Part shown: positions 1 to 13,900 of the stretch, piece by piece
How positions within the stretch are numbered: position 1 is the first letter of the stretch
Layout: every line of letters begins with the position of its first letter
NCBI GenBank assembly: GCA_002269645.1
Contig: NIVC01002142.1
Span: 12,472 to 76,471, forward strand
Reading direction: 5' to 3'
Length of the DNA stretch: 64,000 nucleotides
Source of the DNA: Macrostomum lignano
Taxonomy: Eukaryota
Made by a program: the position numbers and the translations under genes
The notes under the pieces: generated by a model
What the model was told of the DNA's origin: nothing
Databases searched by the model: none
Seen by the model: only the letters and a program-made list of their open reading frames with translations

Positions 1-460
1 GCGCTCGGGTGCACCTGCACCAATGAGCAATCTCTAGCCAGATGGGCCGGACATTGCCCTCTAAACCCTCCGTAATTCCCACTCCCCCATCCCGTCTGCC
101 CCAGTTTGTCGCGTACCCAGTTCTGATTGGCTGGGCGACCCACCCCACCCCAAATTACCTCTAGCCTCTGTGCTCAAGTTTGCTATTATGTTATTATGAT
201 TTTGTGCACTGTTATGTCGGCCAATTGGCTTTCAGAAGTGAATTGATAGTCCTAATCTGTGACCCTAGAGATTTAGGGTGCGAGAATGAAATATACGCAC
301 AAATAAGTTGGCGGTGGGCGAGAAGGTTTGCTCTGACTACACCCTTAACTATTGCAAGATGAGCTCTCAAATTAAGCTACGCCTAAGATAACCCGCCCGC
401 TTTGCCTCGCAGCGATTAGAGCAGCAAACAAACAGTAAAATATTCTACTCAAAGTCTGAC

Positions 461-3400
461 CCGTCATTGGCAAAGTTCGGCCCAACGCGGAAGCTCAGAG
501 AGCCGTCAGACTCGCAGACCAGCACCGAGCAGTTTGCCCTGTCCACAATGACCACGCGACGCTGTTTGCAGATTCGAACTCGGTGGGGTCGCAGATTCCG
601 AATAGCCTCATCGGCGGGGCCTGTCACAGTCAGCCGGCCGATCTGGCTGCCCCTGGAGTCATACGCCCGAATGGCTCCCGATGGCTGCTCCAGGATGAAG
701 CAGCGGTCGGCCAGCCCGCCGGCAGAGACGGCCCGTTCCGATGCGGCGAGCGTCAGCAGCACCAGACTAGCGATGGCGGCAGACGGACTGTCGGAGTGGC
801 TTGCGTCGGTGTCCTCACTGCAATTCAGTTTCCTGCGCCGCTTGCATTATTAACAGCAGATTAGTGTGCCGGTGTGTAGCAAGTGGGGACTGAGAATCTG
901 GGAGGCTGGCACAGCAACTGAGGATCTGGGAGGCTGGCACAACAACTGAGGATCTGGGAGGCTGGCACAGCAACTGAGGATCTGGGAGGCTGGCACAGCA
1001 ACTGAGGATCTGGAAGGCTGGCACAGCAACTGAGGATCTGAGGATCTGGGAGGCTGGCACAGCAACTGAGGATCTGAGGATCTGGGAGGCTGGCACAGCA
1101 ACTGAGAATCTGGGAGGCTGGCACAGCAACTGAGGATCTGAGGATCTAAGAGGGTGGCACAGCAACTGAGGATCTGGGAGGCTGGCACAGCAACTGAGGA
1201 TCTGGGAGGCTGGCACAGCAACTGAGAATCTGGAAGGCTGGCACAGCAACTGAGGATCTGGGAGGCTGGCACAGCAACTGAGAATCTGGAAGGCTGGCAC
1301 AGCAACTGAGGATCTGGGAGGGTGGCACAGCAACTGAGGATCTGGGAGGGTGGCACAGCAACTGAGGATCTGGGAGGCTGGCCCAGCAACTGAGGATCTA
1401 GGAGGCTGGCACAGCATCTGGGAGGGCGGCGGACCTACTATAGATTTAAACTGGGAATGAGTAAAGCGAACTGGGAAGGTAACTCTGGATCAACAATTAG
1501 TCGCTGCTAACATCTTCTCAGGGTGCAGGCCGCCAGCAGTGCGGGGCGCGCACAAGCCGCCATCGCAGCAGACGCCCAGCTGGCTGTCCGGCAGCCAGCA
1601 CATGTCTCTGACAGCGCCAGCCAAGCTCAGTCTGACCATTCGAACAATGCTTGAGCAGTCGCTGCTCAGGCACAGAATCCTTGGCCCCTCATCGGTGAGC
1701 ACGGAGACGAGGATGCCTTCATCGCTGGCCAGAACGCAAGGCCTGCTCAGTGACAAAATTTCATCAGGATGAGCAGCCTGCAGAGTCAGCGAGGCAGCCA
1801 TTTTAAATGCATTCACTTTGAAAGCGTAGAGACTGTAGCCATCTGGTTGCCTGGCAACCTCATCAACAACAAGCAGATTCTGCAACTTGCTACTCCAGGC
1901 CAGACTAATCGGATGCCTCAATCTGTTCAATTTTTTACTTTTATTCACGACAGTCTTCCAAGCGCTGGGATGCTGGAGCGAAACAAACAGAATGCCTTTG
2001 TCGGAGCAGCAGATGGCCAGCAGACTGCCAGTGCTGACCGCGTCTTCCAGGTTTTCGATGCTGTAGCTGGACAGAGAAAAAACGATTTCTGTTAAAATCT
2101 ATAAAGTTGGTTAATTATTACACTTGTAAATTCCAAAATTCAGACGCTTGCTGCGTGAATGTTCTCGCCAGTAAAGACAGAGACCATTGCATCGCAATAA
2201 TCCAACCAACCTGCAGCTGAATCTCGGTCCAACTTGAAAGCGCAGTTGACCATCTGGTTGGCAGACGGTCACAGTTTGGCCAGCTTGATCCAGGATGATA
2301 AGCAGCTGGCGCTTGTCGCATACTCGGATGCGGCTGGGATGCGGCGACAGCCGAGACACGCCAAGGCGGCCCAAATCTGCTCCCTCGGAGCTGAATGCTC
2401 GAATCTGGGACTCTGCGAGGGTGGTAGCGAAAATCCGACTGGACAAGCAGGCAGCCGACAATACGTAGCTTGATGTAGATACAGAGGCTGCGATGATAAA
2501 AGTGGAAAAGTCGACTCCACCAGTAGGCGACACCTTAGTCACAGGCTGAGCAGTCGGCATAGTCTCCTTAGACTGCACCGATGTTGATAGTTGGGCACCA
2601 CTGCCAGCACTCACCAAGCCTGAGCGCAGTTCTCTGCAATTTAAAAAACAGTAAAACTAGAAAACGTCAATATTCGGCGCTATTACACTTTAATGAGGGG
2701 TGAAGCTGAAGCGGTCCTCTCACCTGCGACAAGTATCGTCAAAGAATTTCTCAGGAAATGAGCTACAAACTCCATCAGCAGAGCATAGTATCAGTGTCTG
2801 GCTACGCCAACACATGTCAGTAACTGTTTCCATGACCGAGAGTTTAACAGTACCGATCAAGGAAGTACATGTATCGTTCATGCTGACAATCTGTGGTCCC
2901 TCACTGCTCAATACAGAGAGCAGAATACTGCTGCTGCTGCACAGCACGCACGGAGTGGCCAGGGACTTCACTAGCACACTGGATTGGGACACGAGAATCA
3001 GTCCGATAGTGGATGCAGCTTCATTTCCAACTGAAAACATTTTAACCATGTACTGACAGCTGTCAACTTCATCGAGAACTACTAGCTGTTTAAGCTTCGA
3101 GTGCCACTCCAACTGCACAGGACGCATCAGTTCGATTATCTTCTTTGGGATGGCCGTTCGGACCGAAATATTGGCAAAGTACACAGCAAAGATGCCGTTG
3201 CTCGGGCAGCAGATCATCAGCCGGCTCTCCGTGCTCACTGCGTCTAATGGCAGCTCCAGCAGCCTGAAATATAAAGATTTAGGCCCTTTAATTCGGATTT
3301 ACTATTGGTAACCATTGTTAAATGTGAATCAACGGCTTTCATGACTCCAATGCAAAATACAAACATATTAGAAAACTCGAAAAAGCATTGATTACATTAA

Positions 3401-4310
3401 GAGTTTTGAGCTACCTTTTCTTGCTGAACTTTGGCCCAACGCTGAACTCAAGCCGACCGTCAGGCCGACACACGGCCACAACACCGGCACTTTTGTCAAC
3501 TACAATCACCAGCTTCCGTTTGCTGCAGACCCGAATGCGATGGGGCTGCAGAGCCACCGCAGACCCATCAGGGTTCGTCACAGTCAGGTCGCGGATCAAA
3601 ATTGCTGGACTAGAAGAATTGCAAAATCGAATAACATTTGATGGCTGCTCCAGGACAAGGAGCTGGCCTGACAGGCTGGCGACAGACACGGCCTGTTTTG
3701 ATGCACCAGTAGCTGACGCAGCCTGTTTTGATGCACCAGTAGCTGACACAGACTGTTTTGATGCACCAGTAGCTGACACAGCCTGACTTGACGAATCAGT
3801 AGCTGACATAGCCTGTTTTGATGCACCAGTAGCTGACACAGCCTGATTTAACGAATCAGTAGCTGACACAGCCTGTTTTGATGCACCAGTAGCTGACACA
3901 GCCTGATTTAACGAATCAGTAGCTGACACAGCCTGTTTTGATGCACCAGTAGCTGACACAGCCTGACTTGACGAATCAGTGGCTGACTCAGCTCCTGAGG
4001 CATCAAGAAGTTTCTTCATCACTCTGAGCAGTTCGCTAGCCGCAGACTCCGCCGCAGCCTCATCCCAAGAGCAGCTGACTGCCCAGCTGGACTCATCACT
4101 TAGAGCCTCATCCAGGACAGCCTCAGCATCCAGCAGCTCCTCTAGAGAGGCTGGCAGCTCCATATCGACGATGGCCCGCAGGCGGTCTCGAGCCCGGCTT
4201 CGGCTGGCCATCTCCGCGGCTACAGCAGTCCGGCGCCTCTGCACAGCCAGTTGAAGCTGCTCAACGAAGCTGCTGGGCTGCGGCAGGGCGTCAACGGCCG
4301 GCGAATCCAT
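461..4310 (-). CDS. Multi-propeller gene C: helical N-terminus + 10-aa repeat linker + tandem divergent NHL-like beta-propeller units (3' end probably beyond the window start)
   Basis: Hand-built exons: 4310-3415, 3263-2724, 2633-2211, 2066-1512, 832-461. All introns are GT..AG and phase 2, and internal exons are multiples of 3. NHL-like blades include PHRVRICKQRRVVIVDRANCSVLVCESDGSLSFRVG and LRHPISLAWSSKLQNLLVVDE. A further donor (GG|GTCAG) at 460 suggests more exons outside the window. Confidence 0.75.
888..1420 (+). repeat. 28-bp minisatellite array (CTGAGGATCTGGGAGGCTGGCACAGCAA), intronic in gene C
   Basis: Direct tandem repeats; they produce the spurious PPRSSVAVPASQILSCC ORFs. Confidence 0.95.
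3690..3990 (-). repeat. Coding 30-bp minisatellite (QAVSATGASK/QAVSATDSSS), ~10 units, gene C linker
   Basis: In-frame tandem repeats inside ORF 3411-4310. Confidence 0.9.
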
Positions 4311-5286
4311 GCTGAAATATTATACGTTGCCATGGAAACTATAAGAAACCGAATTTCTAGGCTCTGAGTCCTACCCTAAAGTTAAATGAAATGAAGAAAA
4401 CAATGGTCATAAAATGTCAACACGAGCTGACAGGGCAGCCTTTGTTATTTTCATAGAGCATTTAATATAGAAAATATGGCACAGTGTTGAACAAATAGTT
4501 TCTCTGCAATAAGTGTTGAATAAATAACACATTAATAGGCAATCACCGCATACACTGAAGAGTCGGAAAAGTCGCAAATAACGATTCAGTGGCACCACAA
4601 AAGCGTTAAACTACAGCACAGCTTAAAATAATAATTTACCGCGTGGTTGGCCACCGGATAACATCGAAAATAAACGAATTATAAGTAGAGGATAAGTAGA
4701 GACTCCACCTTATGAGCTTAAGTTTACAGACTAGTCTTTAATTATCCTCTTGCTTGTTCTCTCCTATTCCAAGTCCAATTTTTGTCGCTTTTTTCGCAAA
4801 ATCCAGCTTTCTGGTGTCACTGTGAGCAGAATGACGTATCATTTGTGTGCATAGGTTACTCGGGCTCCGCTTTTATGAGCTTAAGTTGACAGGCCCTTTC
4901 AAATTATCAGCACTCAATTTGATACAATTAAAAGGTAAATTTTAATTTCATAGTCGTTTTGTCATCCTTTTAACAAAAGTCAAAGACTAAAGCCCTAAGC
5001 CATCAGGCTCCGATTGACGAGTAGTTTGACAGTTTGGTCCGGTTCCGGTTATTCCTGATTCTCTGAGAGCATAAATATCCACGAGCCTGATGATAGTGAA
5101 CCTGATTTACCAGCCTAAATCTTGAATAAAAAAAATAAAAAATCACAGAGCTGTGGGCATCATGCCCCATTCCGCTGACTCCTGAGCACCCATACACACA
5201 CTCACTGGTAATTCGCACTATCTACTTAAAGTACTAGTAGGCAACTTAGCCAATCTACGAGTAAATGCATGCAAACTCAACTAACT

Positions 5287-8200
5287 TCAGGTGTCAAGAA
5301 TCAGCTTTCCACCGCAGCACAGCCAGAGCTGCCGCCCCGCCCAGCTCATGTCGGTGACGGCGCCGCCATCCGCAGGCAGCTGGCAGTCCGCGACGGTGCT
5401 GACAGCCGAGCAGTCGTCGGCCACGCTCAGCAGCCGAGGCCCCTCCTCGGTGAGCGCAGACAGCAGGAAGCCGCCGCTGCTGCTCAGCACGCTGGGGACG
5501 GCCAGGGAGCGAACGGGGTCGCGAAGAGCGGCCTGGAGATGCAGCGTGGCAGCAGTAGGGCTCTTCACGATCTGGAAGGTGCTCACGGAGAATCTGTCGG
5601 TGGAGACTTCGTCAAGCACGATGAGCAACTGGCGGGAGCCGCTCCAGGCCAGGCGGATCGGCCGGCGCAGCTTGTTGCGCTCTTTTTTTATTGTGGTTCT
5701 CCACTGGCTGGGCTGCTCCAGGGACACCAGGTAGAGGCCCCTGTCAGGTGAGCAGATCGCCAGCAGCTCGCCAGTGCTGATGGCGTCTGATGGCTTAGAA
5801 AGCAGAAAGCTGCAGATCCGGAAGGTGAACAATGAAATTAATTTTTACAGGCAATTGAGCAAAGATGATTACAATTTCAATTCGCCTTACTTAGTGCTGA
5901 ATCGAGGACCAACAGAAAACTGCAGTCTACCCTCCGAGCTGCACACATAGACAATTTGACTCAGCTCATCAATGAGAATGAGAAGCCCGCGCTCCTCGCA
6001 GACTCGAATTCGCGCTGTCTGCGGGCTGAGCTTTGAGCCGTCAGATTTGGTCAGCGTCAGCAGCTGCCTGCTGGCCGGGCGATTTCGATCACAGTCCATT
6101 GACGTCACAAGGACGGATCTGGAAGTCGGCTCCAGAATGTACAGCTGATCAGACAGGCGGGCTGCTGAGGAAACCAGGATGTCAGAGGTGACATCAGCTG
6201 GACTCTGCTGTTTTGGCGCAGCTGTCTCCGCTGATGGGGTCCAACTGCTGCAGCTGTGGCGGAATTGGCATGGCGGACATTAAAAGTTTTTAGTGACACT
6301 TTTGGCTCTGTGTTGGCTCGGTTCTTATCAGTAATAATAAGCCAGCAAGAGCAGCCGAACAAAAATTGAAGCGAGCGAGTGACAATTGAAGCGACCGAGT
6401 GACAAGTGAAGCGAGCGAGTGACAATTGAAGCGACCGAGTGACAAGTGAAGCGACCGAGTGACAATTGAAGCGACCGAGTGACAATTTAAGCAACCGAGT
6501 GAAAATTGAAGCAGCCGAGTGACAATTAAAGCAACCGAGTGAAAAGTAAAGCAACCGAGTGATGATTTAAGCAACAGAGAGAAAATAAAAGCAACCGAGT
6601 GACAATTGAAGCAACCGAGTGAAAATGGAAGCGACCGGGTCGATTTGGCAAAATACAACAGCTGAAAAAAACATTTAGAATGACAAACCTCTCATAGCTA
6701 ATTTCCGGCCAGAGTAGTAGCTTGTTTCCATGGCAACAAGCCAGCTCTCGCTGCCACCAAAACAAGTTAGTAGCCAATGAAGAACCCGCATCTTCAACGG
6801 TAAACTGTTGCACTGAATCGCACTGACTGCCAGACAGCAGAAGAACTTTGGATCCGCTGGTACCGCTGACAGACACCAAGATGCAATCCCGGCCGCACAG
6901 CAGACTCGGCCTAGTCAGCGACTCAACCGGAACTCCACCCGCTGGAGATCCTTGCGGAGACAGCGCGGCCGATGTCTTGATGACAGTGATGGTAAAGGCC
7001 AGGATTCTGTACGCACCGGGTCGCACTCTGCGCCCGGTGGACGCAGCCGCGGTCTCGTCGGCCACCACCAGCCACTTGCGCGAGGCCATCCAGCCGAGAC
7101 GCACCGGACAGGCGAGGTCGCAGCGGCCTTTCCGCACGGTGGTCCGCCAGGCGTCCGGTTTGGTTAGCGACACCAGGTAGAGAGCGAACTCGGGACTGCA
7201 GATGGCGAGCAACTGACCGGTGCTGACAGCGTCTTCAGGGGCTTCCAGGCTGTAGCTGCATTGGAAACAGTCAGTTAGCAGTGCAGAATGAGTGCTTGAT
7301 ATAGTAATATTTTAACTGAAGGACCAGATAAAGAATCCCATAGCGAGACTCGGACAGGCGAGAGATTGGATGAAAGAAAAGATAGAAGATAAGAGAGAAG
7401 AACGGAGAGAGAAATAAGAGGGAAGAGAGGAGAGGGAGAGGGAGAAGAGGAGAGAGGAGAGAAGATAGGGAAGAGAGGGTACAGGAGAGTGAGAAGAGAG
7501 GGGAAAGAGAGCTCAAAAAAGAGACACCAATCTTGAGCGGGCCGGATTGCTATGGTGAAGTTTCAAATGACCGGAGGGCCGGACTGAGAGGCTTCTCGGG
7601 CTGCATGTCTCCCATGGACCGGAATCTGGCGACCACTATTTTACCGCGTAACCCTGACACCGGACTACGAAACCCTGCAGTCAAGCTTAAAGCAAAGACT
7701 GCAACGGATCGAAATTCTACTGACTCCCTGTGGCTGGTAGGAACAGTAAGAAGGGATTCCAACGAAGCGACACTGAGCTGCCCAACCCGAACCTCGAAAA
7801 TTTGTGTTGCAGAAAGTGTCTTTTCTCTTTATGGACTTTGTCAGTTTCATTATGTATGGAACTCTGCAACTGCGAATTATCTTCGATACACGGCAGCTTA
7901 TGAACTATTGAGCTCAGTAAACTCACGCGTCGCTAAACTTTGGCCCAACCTGGAAGCTGAGCTGGCCATCTGGCTGGCAGACGAGCACCGCACTCGGGTA
8001 TACGATGAACACCAAGCGACGGCTACGGCAAACTCGAACAGCGCGCGGCTGCTGCGATGCAACTGACGCAACTGACGCAGCAGCTGAGCTGGTTACTGAC
8101 AAGCTGCTAATTTGGCTTGACTGCGAGTCGCAGACTCGAACAGCTGGAGACTTCAGCTGAAGAAAAAAGCACTGGCCCGACAGAAATGCAGCCGAGTAAA

Positions 8201-10025
8201 TTTGTACCGACGAGCCCATTGTAAGCAGAGTCTGGGGTGGAACAGCTGAGGCTCCAGGCTGAGTAGCTTTGCTGAGCTCTGAAGCTTGACTGTTGGTCAG
8301 CTTTGGAAAATACTGGTATTCTCTGCAATGGAAATAAAGCAGCACACAGCTCAGGTTGTTCCGCAATCAAAATGTGACAGTTCAGGCTCTCTCACCTGCC
8401 ACAATCAGTAACCTGTCCACCGGAGCAAACAAGCAGTGTCTGGTCACTCCAGCACATGTCAGTCACTGGTTCCCTGACCGATAGGCGAACAGTTCTCAGC
8501 ACTGAAGTGCAGGCGTCATCCATGCAGACAATCTGCGGTCCCTCAGAGCTCAGCACAGACAGCAGAGTGCCGCTGCTGCTGCACAGCACGCACGGAGTGG
8601 CCAGGGACTTCACTGGAGCACTGGACTGGGACTTTACTTTTAAATTAGCAGACGTCTTTGTCAGGGAGATGGAAAATGCGTACAGTTTATAGTGACACTT
8701 TCCAACTTCGTCAAGAACGATTAGCAGCTTCGGCTTCAACAGCCACTCTAGACGCACAGGCCTTTTGAGCTTGAGCAGCTCCTTCACGAGTGTCGTACGC
8801 CAACTCTTAGGACGTGCGATGGACACCATCAAGATCGCAGAGTCTGGACAGCAGAATACGAGCTGGTCACCTGTACTCACTGCGTCCTCTGGGTGTTGCA
8901 CGAGCTTTCTAAAGTGGAATTCAAGCTTTAAATGAAATCGTGCAAAAGTATACTTTATTAAATCGGGTTCACTAACTTGTGGCAGCTGAACTTTGGCCCA
9001 ACGCTGAACCCAAGCTGACCGTCAGGCCGACAGACGGCCACAACACCGGCACTTTTGTCAACTACAATCACCAGCTTCCGTTTGCTACAGACCCGAATGC
9101 GATGGGGCTGCAGAGCCACCGCAGACCCATCAGGGTTCGTCACAGTCAGGTGACTGACCGAGGCTGCAGCGCCAGGAGAGCCGAAATTCCGAATGACATT
9201 TGATGGCTGCTCCAGCACAAGGAGCTGGCCTGACAGGCTGGCCACGGACGCAGCAGCCTGTTTAGATGCACCAGTAGCTGACACAGCTTGACTTGACGAA
9301 TCAGTAGCTGACACAGCCTGTTTTAACGAATCAGTAGCTGACTCAGCCTGTTTTGACGAATCAGTAGCTGACACAGCCTGACTTGACGAATCAGTAGCTG
9401 ACACAGCCTGACTTGACGAATCAGTAGCTGACACAGCCTGACTTGACGAATCAGTAGCTGACACAGCCTGTTTTGATGCACCAGTAGCTGACTCAGCCTG
9501 ATTTGACGAATCAGTAGCTGACACAGCCTGTTTTGATGCACCAGTAGCTGACACAGCCTGTTTTGATGCACCAGTAGCTGACGCAGCCTGTTTTGATGCA
9601 CCAGTAGCTGACACAGCCTGACTTGACGAATCAGTAGCTGACACAGCCTGTTTTGATGCACCAGTAGCTGACACAGCCTGACTTGACGAATCAGTGGCTG
9701 ACTCGGCTCCTGAGGCATCAAGAAGTTTCTTCATCACTCTGAGCAGTTCGCTAGCCGCAGACTCCGCCGCAGCCTCATCCCATGAGCAGCTGACTGCCCA
9801 GCTGGACTCATCACTGAGCGCATCATCCAGGACAGCCTCAGCATCCAGCAGCTCCTCTAGAGAGGCTGGCAGCTCCATATCGACGATGGCCCGCAGGCGG
9901 TCTCGAGCCCGGCTTCGGCTGGCCATCTCCGCGGCTACAGCAGTCCGGCGCCTCTGCACAGCCAGTTGGAGCTGCTCAACGAAGCTGCTGGGCTGCGGCA
10001 GGGCGTCAACGGCCGGCGAATCCAT
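5287..10025 (-). CDS. Multi-propeller gene B (~1136 aa, three A+B NHL-like units)
   Basis: Exons 10025-8977, 8908-8396, 8322-7927, 7255-6689, 6253-5891, 5809-5287 (TGA). They sum to 3411 nt in frame, and all five introns are phase 2. The N-terminus MDSPAVDALPQ is near-identical to gene C. Confidence 0.78.
6370..6640 (+). repeat. 20-bp minisatellite (GAGTGACAATTGAAGCGACC), gene B intron
   Basis: Tandem degenerate copies seen directly. Confidence 0.9.
9255..9715 (-). repeat. Coding 30-bp minisatellite, ~15-16 units, gene B linker
   Basis: In-frame tandem repeats inside ORF 8958-10067. Confidence 0.9.
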
Positions 10026-10089
10026 GCTGAAATATTGTTCGTTGCCATGGAACTTATTGGAAAGCATAATATTGTAACGTAAGTAGCTT

Positions 10090-10350
10090 TAGACGAGTAG
10101 CCTAGTGGTCCAGGTGCGGTCCAGTCTCGATTCCAAGTGCAGTCACTTAATTTTTGGGGCTAAATTAGAATCTCGGCTTGGCTCTGCTCGTGCGATTAAC
10201 GCTCTTGATGACCAACCCCCAAGGCACAGTGAAGTGTACATGCCTAACGATAAATAAAGTTAGGGCCGCTGTACACTCCTGTGTGAGTGTGTGCCTGTGC
10301 GTATGACTGCCGCGCGCTTGTGTGCCTGCTCAGAGGGAGTCGGCGGAATG
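10090..10350 (+). mobile_element. SINE-like element (family 1), between genes A and B
   Basis: tRNA-like head GTAGCCTAGTGGTCC. The body GTGTACATGCC...AGGGCCGCTGTACAC..TGTGTGAG is shared with 15650-15800. Confidence 0.55.
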
Positions 10351-10945
10351 GGCAGTAATGCCTCTCGCCGGTTGTGCGACAATGTCGCAAAATCTGCACC
10401 ACGGGTGCACACAGCCCCCTTGACTCTAAGTAAACACAGCTACCTTTACTAGAAAGACGTGGGCCATTTTTGAAGCTATAAAGAAAAAATGCGGATTGTT
10501 TTGGTGCTGTAGCAACTGATTTTAGCATCAGTTGGTTTCGTGAAAATTGAAAAATAAATTTATTGGATAACCAACAGTAGAACAAATATAACTTTTGTTA
10601 GATAAATAAATAGATATGAAGAGTCTAACAGCAAAACAGGCATAAAATACTACTACTGGAAAAATTTCCTTCTAGTCATGGTAAATTATTATCGAGGTGA
10701 AAAAACTATGCATCATCTAATCAGACACTTCTTAGCAATGTAAAACTAACATCGAATGAAAGCCAGTGAATAAAGAATCAACTGTTCTCTTTACAAAAAG
10801 GGTAAAAGCTCTTAAAATGTTGCAATTGTATTGTAATGTTTTAACTACTCCTAGCTAAACTATAGAAAGTCAGGCAGAATAGTTTAATACTTGATAGTCA
10901 GAATACTCAGATTTCCCGAGATGATCTATTAAACATCTAGACGAA

Positions 10946-13900
10946 TTAAACACTGGAAATCACTGGTCCATCAGGCTGGACTGATGACGTTGAAGTGATG
11001 GAAGACAAAGACGGGGCCAAGTCAGGCTTAATCAACTTGCCACCGCAGCACAGCCAGAGCTCCCCCTTAAGCCAGCTCATGTCGGTGACGGCGCCGCCAT
11101 CCGCAGGCAGCTGGCAGTCCGCGACGGTGCTGACAGCCGAGCAGTCGTCGGCCACGCTTAGCAGCCGAGGCCCCTCCTCGGTGAGCGCAGACAGCAGGAA
11201 GCCACCGCTGCTGCTCAGCACGCTGGGGACGGCCAGGGAGCGAACGGGGTCGCGAAGAGCGGCCTGGAGATGCAGCGTGGCAGCAGTAGGGCTCTTCACG
11301 ATCTGGAAGGTGCTCACGGAGAATCTGTCGGTGGAGACTTCGTCAAGCACGATGAGCAGCTGGCGGGAGCCGCTCCAGGCCAGGCGGATCGGCCGGCGCA
11401 GCTTGTTGCGCTCTTTTTTTATTGTGGTTCTCCACTGGCTGGGCTGCTCCAGGGACACCAGGAAGAGGCCCCTGTCAGGCGAGCAGATCGCCAGCAGCTC
11501 GCCAGTGCTGATGGCGTCTGATGGCTTTGACAGCGACGAGCTGAAGATGCGTAAAGGTGAAGTAAATCATCAATTTGAAAGATGGAGCTAGCTTTTGGTT
11601 TGATATCTATGACAGATTGGTGCTGTATCTGATACTTTTGGCAGCTGTTTTTTAAGTCCCTTTTATCTTAACAAACAAAAGCTGAGCATTCGACCCCAGC
11701 CACGGCCAATAGAAAGCAATAATGTACTATGGAAATATCTCCTAATGCAAATACTGAAAGATACAATGTAAACCTTTGTTGCACCAACCCAGTTGAATAC
11801 GCATTCTCAAGATAATAAAGATTCCAGTTGCCTCTTGTTACGGCTTATACAGTGCTGGCAACTCCCAGCTTGTACATAGCTGCTTTCTAAGTCAAAGCAG
11901 GCTCACTGTTGCTGCCTCCAGGGGTGACGCAAACAGCCAATGCGTACTAACCGCTGCCAACTCTGCTTAACTAGCAATCCCTTGAGCTGGCTGATAAGGA
12001 CAAGCAAAAAAACTAAATGATGAAGCTTCAAACTCACTCAGTGCCGAATCGCGGTCCAACTGAGAACCACAGTCCGCCCTCCGAGTCGCAAACGTGAACA
12101 GCTTCAGCTGACGGGTCAAGCAAGATGAGGAGGCCGCGCTCCGAGCAGACTCGAACTCGCGCTGGCTGCGGCACGAACTCGGCCTGTCCCGACTGGGTCA
12201 GCCTTAACTTGTCGGCCGACAAATGGCCAAGCGACTTGGACAGCTGGACAGAACCGGATGGCAGTTCAAGGACGAAGCCTCTGTCAGGCGATAAGAAGGC
12301 CGCAGACTCGACGTACGGTTGGCACGAGGCGTCGCTGTAGCTGGAAGAAATCAAACAAGTTCTCTATTAACCCGATAAATAAGAAATACACGATATTAAA
12401 TTTGAAAAAGGCATAGAGAATGCCCGCCTTATACTACTGCTAGCCATTTGATGAGAACATACATGTAGCACTAGCAGTAGTGCAGTAGTGAGTTGAAGTC
12501 AGCTGTTACTAGCATATTCACTGTTCTTGATGAAATCATTATAACTATGATACTAACCTTTCGTAGTGAACATCGGGCCATAGCAACAGCCTGTTGCCAT
12601 GGCAACCAGCCAGGCGCTGGTCCCACCAGAACAGGTCGGTTACCGCCAGACTGTCAGCAGTTGCCTCTCCATCGGAGAATTGCTGCACAAGCTGGTGGGC
12701 TCCAGCGGCGATGAGCACTATAATATTTGAGTTGTTCGGCCTGCTGCAAGCTGCCAGGATGCAGTCCCGACCGCACAGCAGGCTCGGCCTAGTCAGCGAC
12801 TCAATAACAACCGGCAAGCACTGCTTAAATAGCGTAGCCGCTTTCTCGTTTGAGCTGATAGAGAACGGCTGGATTCTGTAGAAAACCCTATCGGGCAATT
12901 GGTCGGCTACGACTAGCCACTGACGGGAGGCCAGCCAGGCCAGGCGCACCGGACAGGCGAGTCCGCAGCGCCGTTTCGTGACGACAGTTCGCCAAGTGGC
13001 TGGGCGTTTTAGCGACACCAGGTAGAGCGCGAACTCCGGACTGCAGATTAGTAGAATGCTGTCGGCAGCGACTGCATCCTCGGGGGTCAGCAGGCTGAAG
13101 CTGCGAGTAGTTATTTAGAGGCACAGGCAGAATTAAAACTAGCCGAGAAAATTTGCAGCAAGAAAGGTACCAGCTCAGAATTGCAGCAGCTGTCTAATTT
13201 TAGAACTTTAAATCAAAAAATAGAAGTGAGGAGGAAAGGAGAGAAAAGCAAAGAGAGCTGAGACGAGACACAAAATCCTGAGCGGTCGGGATTGCTATTT
13301 TGAAGTTTCAAAAGACCCGAGGATAACAGTACATGTACAGAACACACAATTTTACAGTTAGAGAAGCTGGGAAAGAAACTACAATGGATTATTTGAAGAT
13401 ACCTGTAAACCATAAACTATTGTCTACTGGTAATTATTGCAATCATTTCATATAGAATCCCATCTTACGCATCGTTGAACTGGGGCCCAACGCTGAAATA
13501 GAGCCCACCATCTGGCCGGCACACATGCACAGAGCAGGCCGCCCTGTCCAGCACTATCACCAGTTGAAGCTTCTGGCTTGCCCGGACACAGTGCGGCCGC
13601 AAATTGGAAATTGTCTCTCCACTAGTCGGGTCGGTGACTGCCAATTCGCCAAGCTGATTGCCAAACGAATCGTATACTCGAACAGCTTGAGTAGGCTGCT
13701 CCAGCATATAGCACTGGCCAGACAGGTAAGCAGCTGATACAGCAGAGGCATTCGCTGTGCTTTTAGCGAATCTTGGGTCGTTCGAGTCCCTTAGCTTTCT
13801 GCAACAAAGTTTTAACGTTGCTTTTTTAGGCTTTAATTTTAGTCACTTGTGCAAGAAAAGTTTGGAGACACGGAATCCATATGGAAATAGGGATGTGTTC

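Noticed and set aside
815-1417. ORFs with PPRSSVAVPASQILSCC repeats (also 24375-24827, 25523-25850, 52234-54160)
   Set aside because: They are translations of the 28-bp intronic minisatellite, open in several frames, with no coding signature.
5269-11591. Plus-strand ORFs antisense to the propeller exons (e.g. 5269-5751, 10995-11591)
   Set aside because: They are shadow ORFs caused by GC-rich codon usage; the minus-strand exons have consistent splice sites and paralogy.
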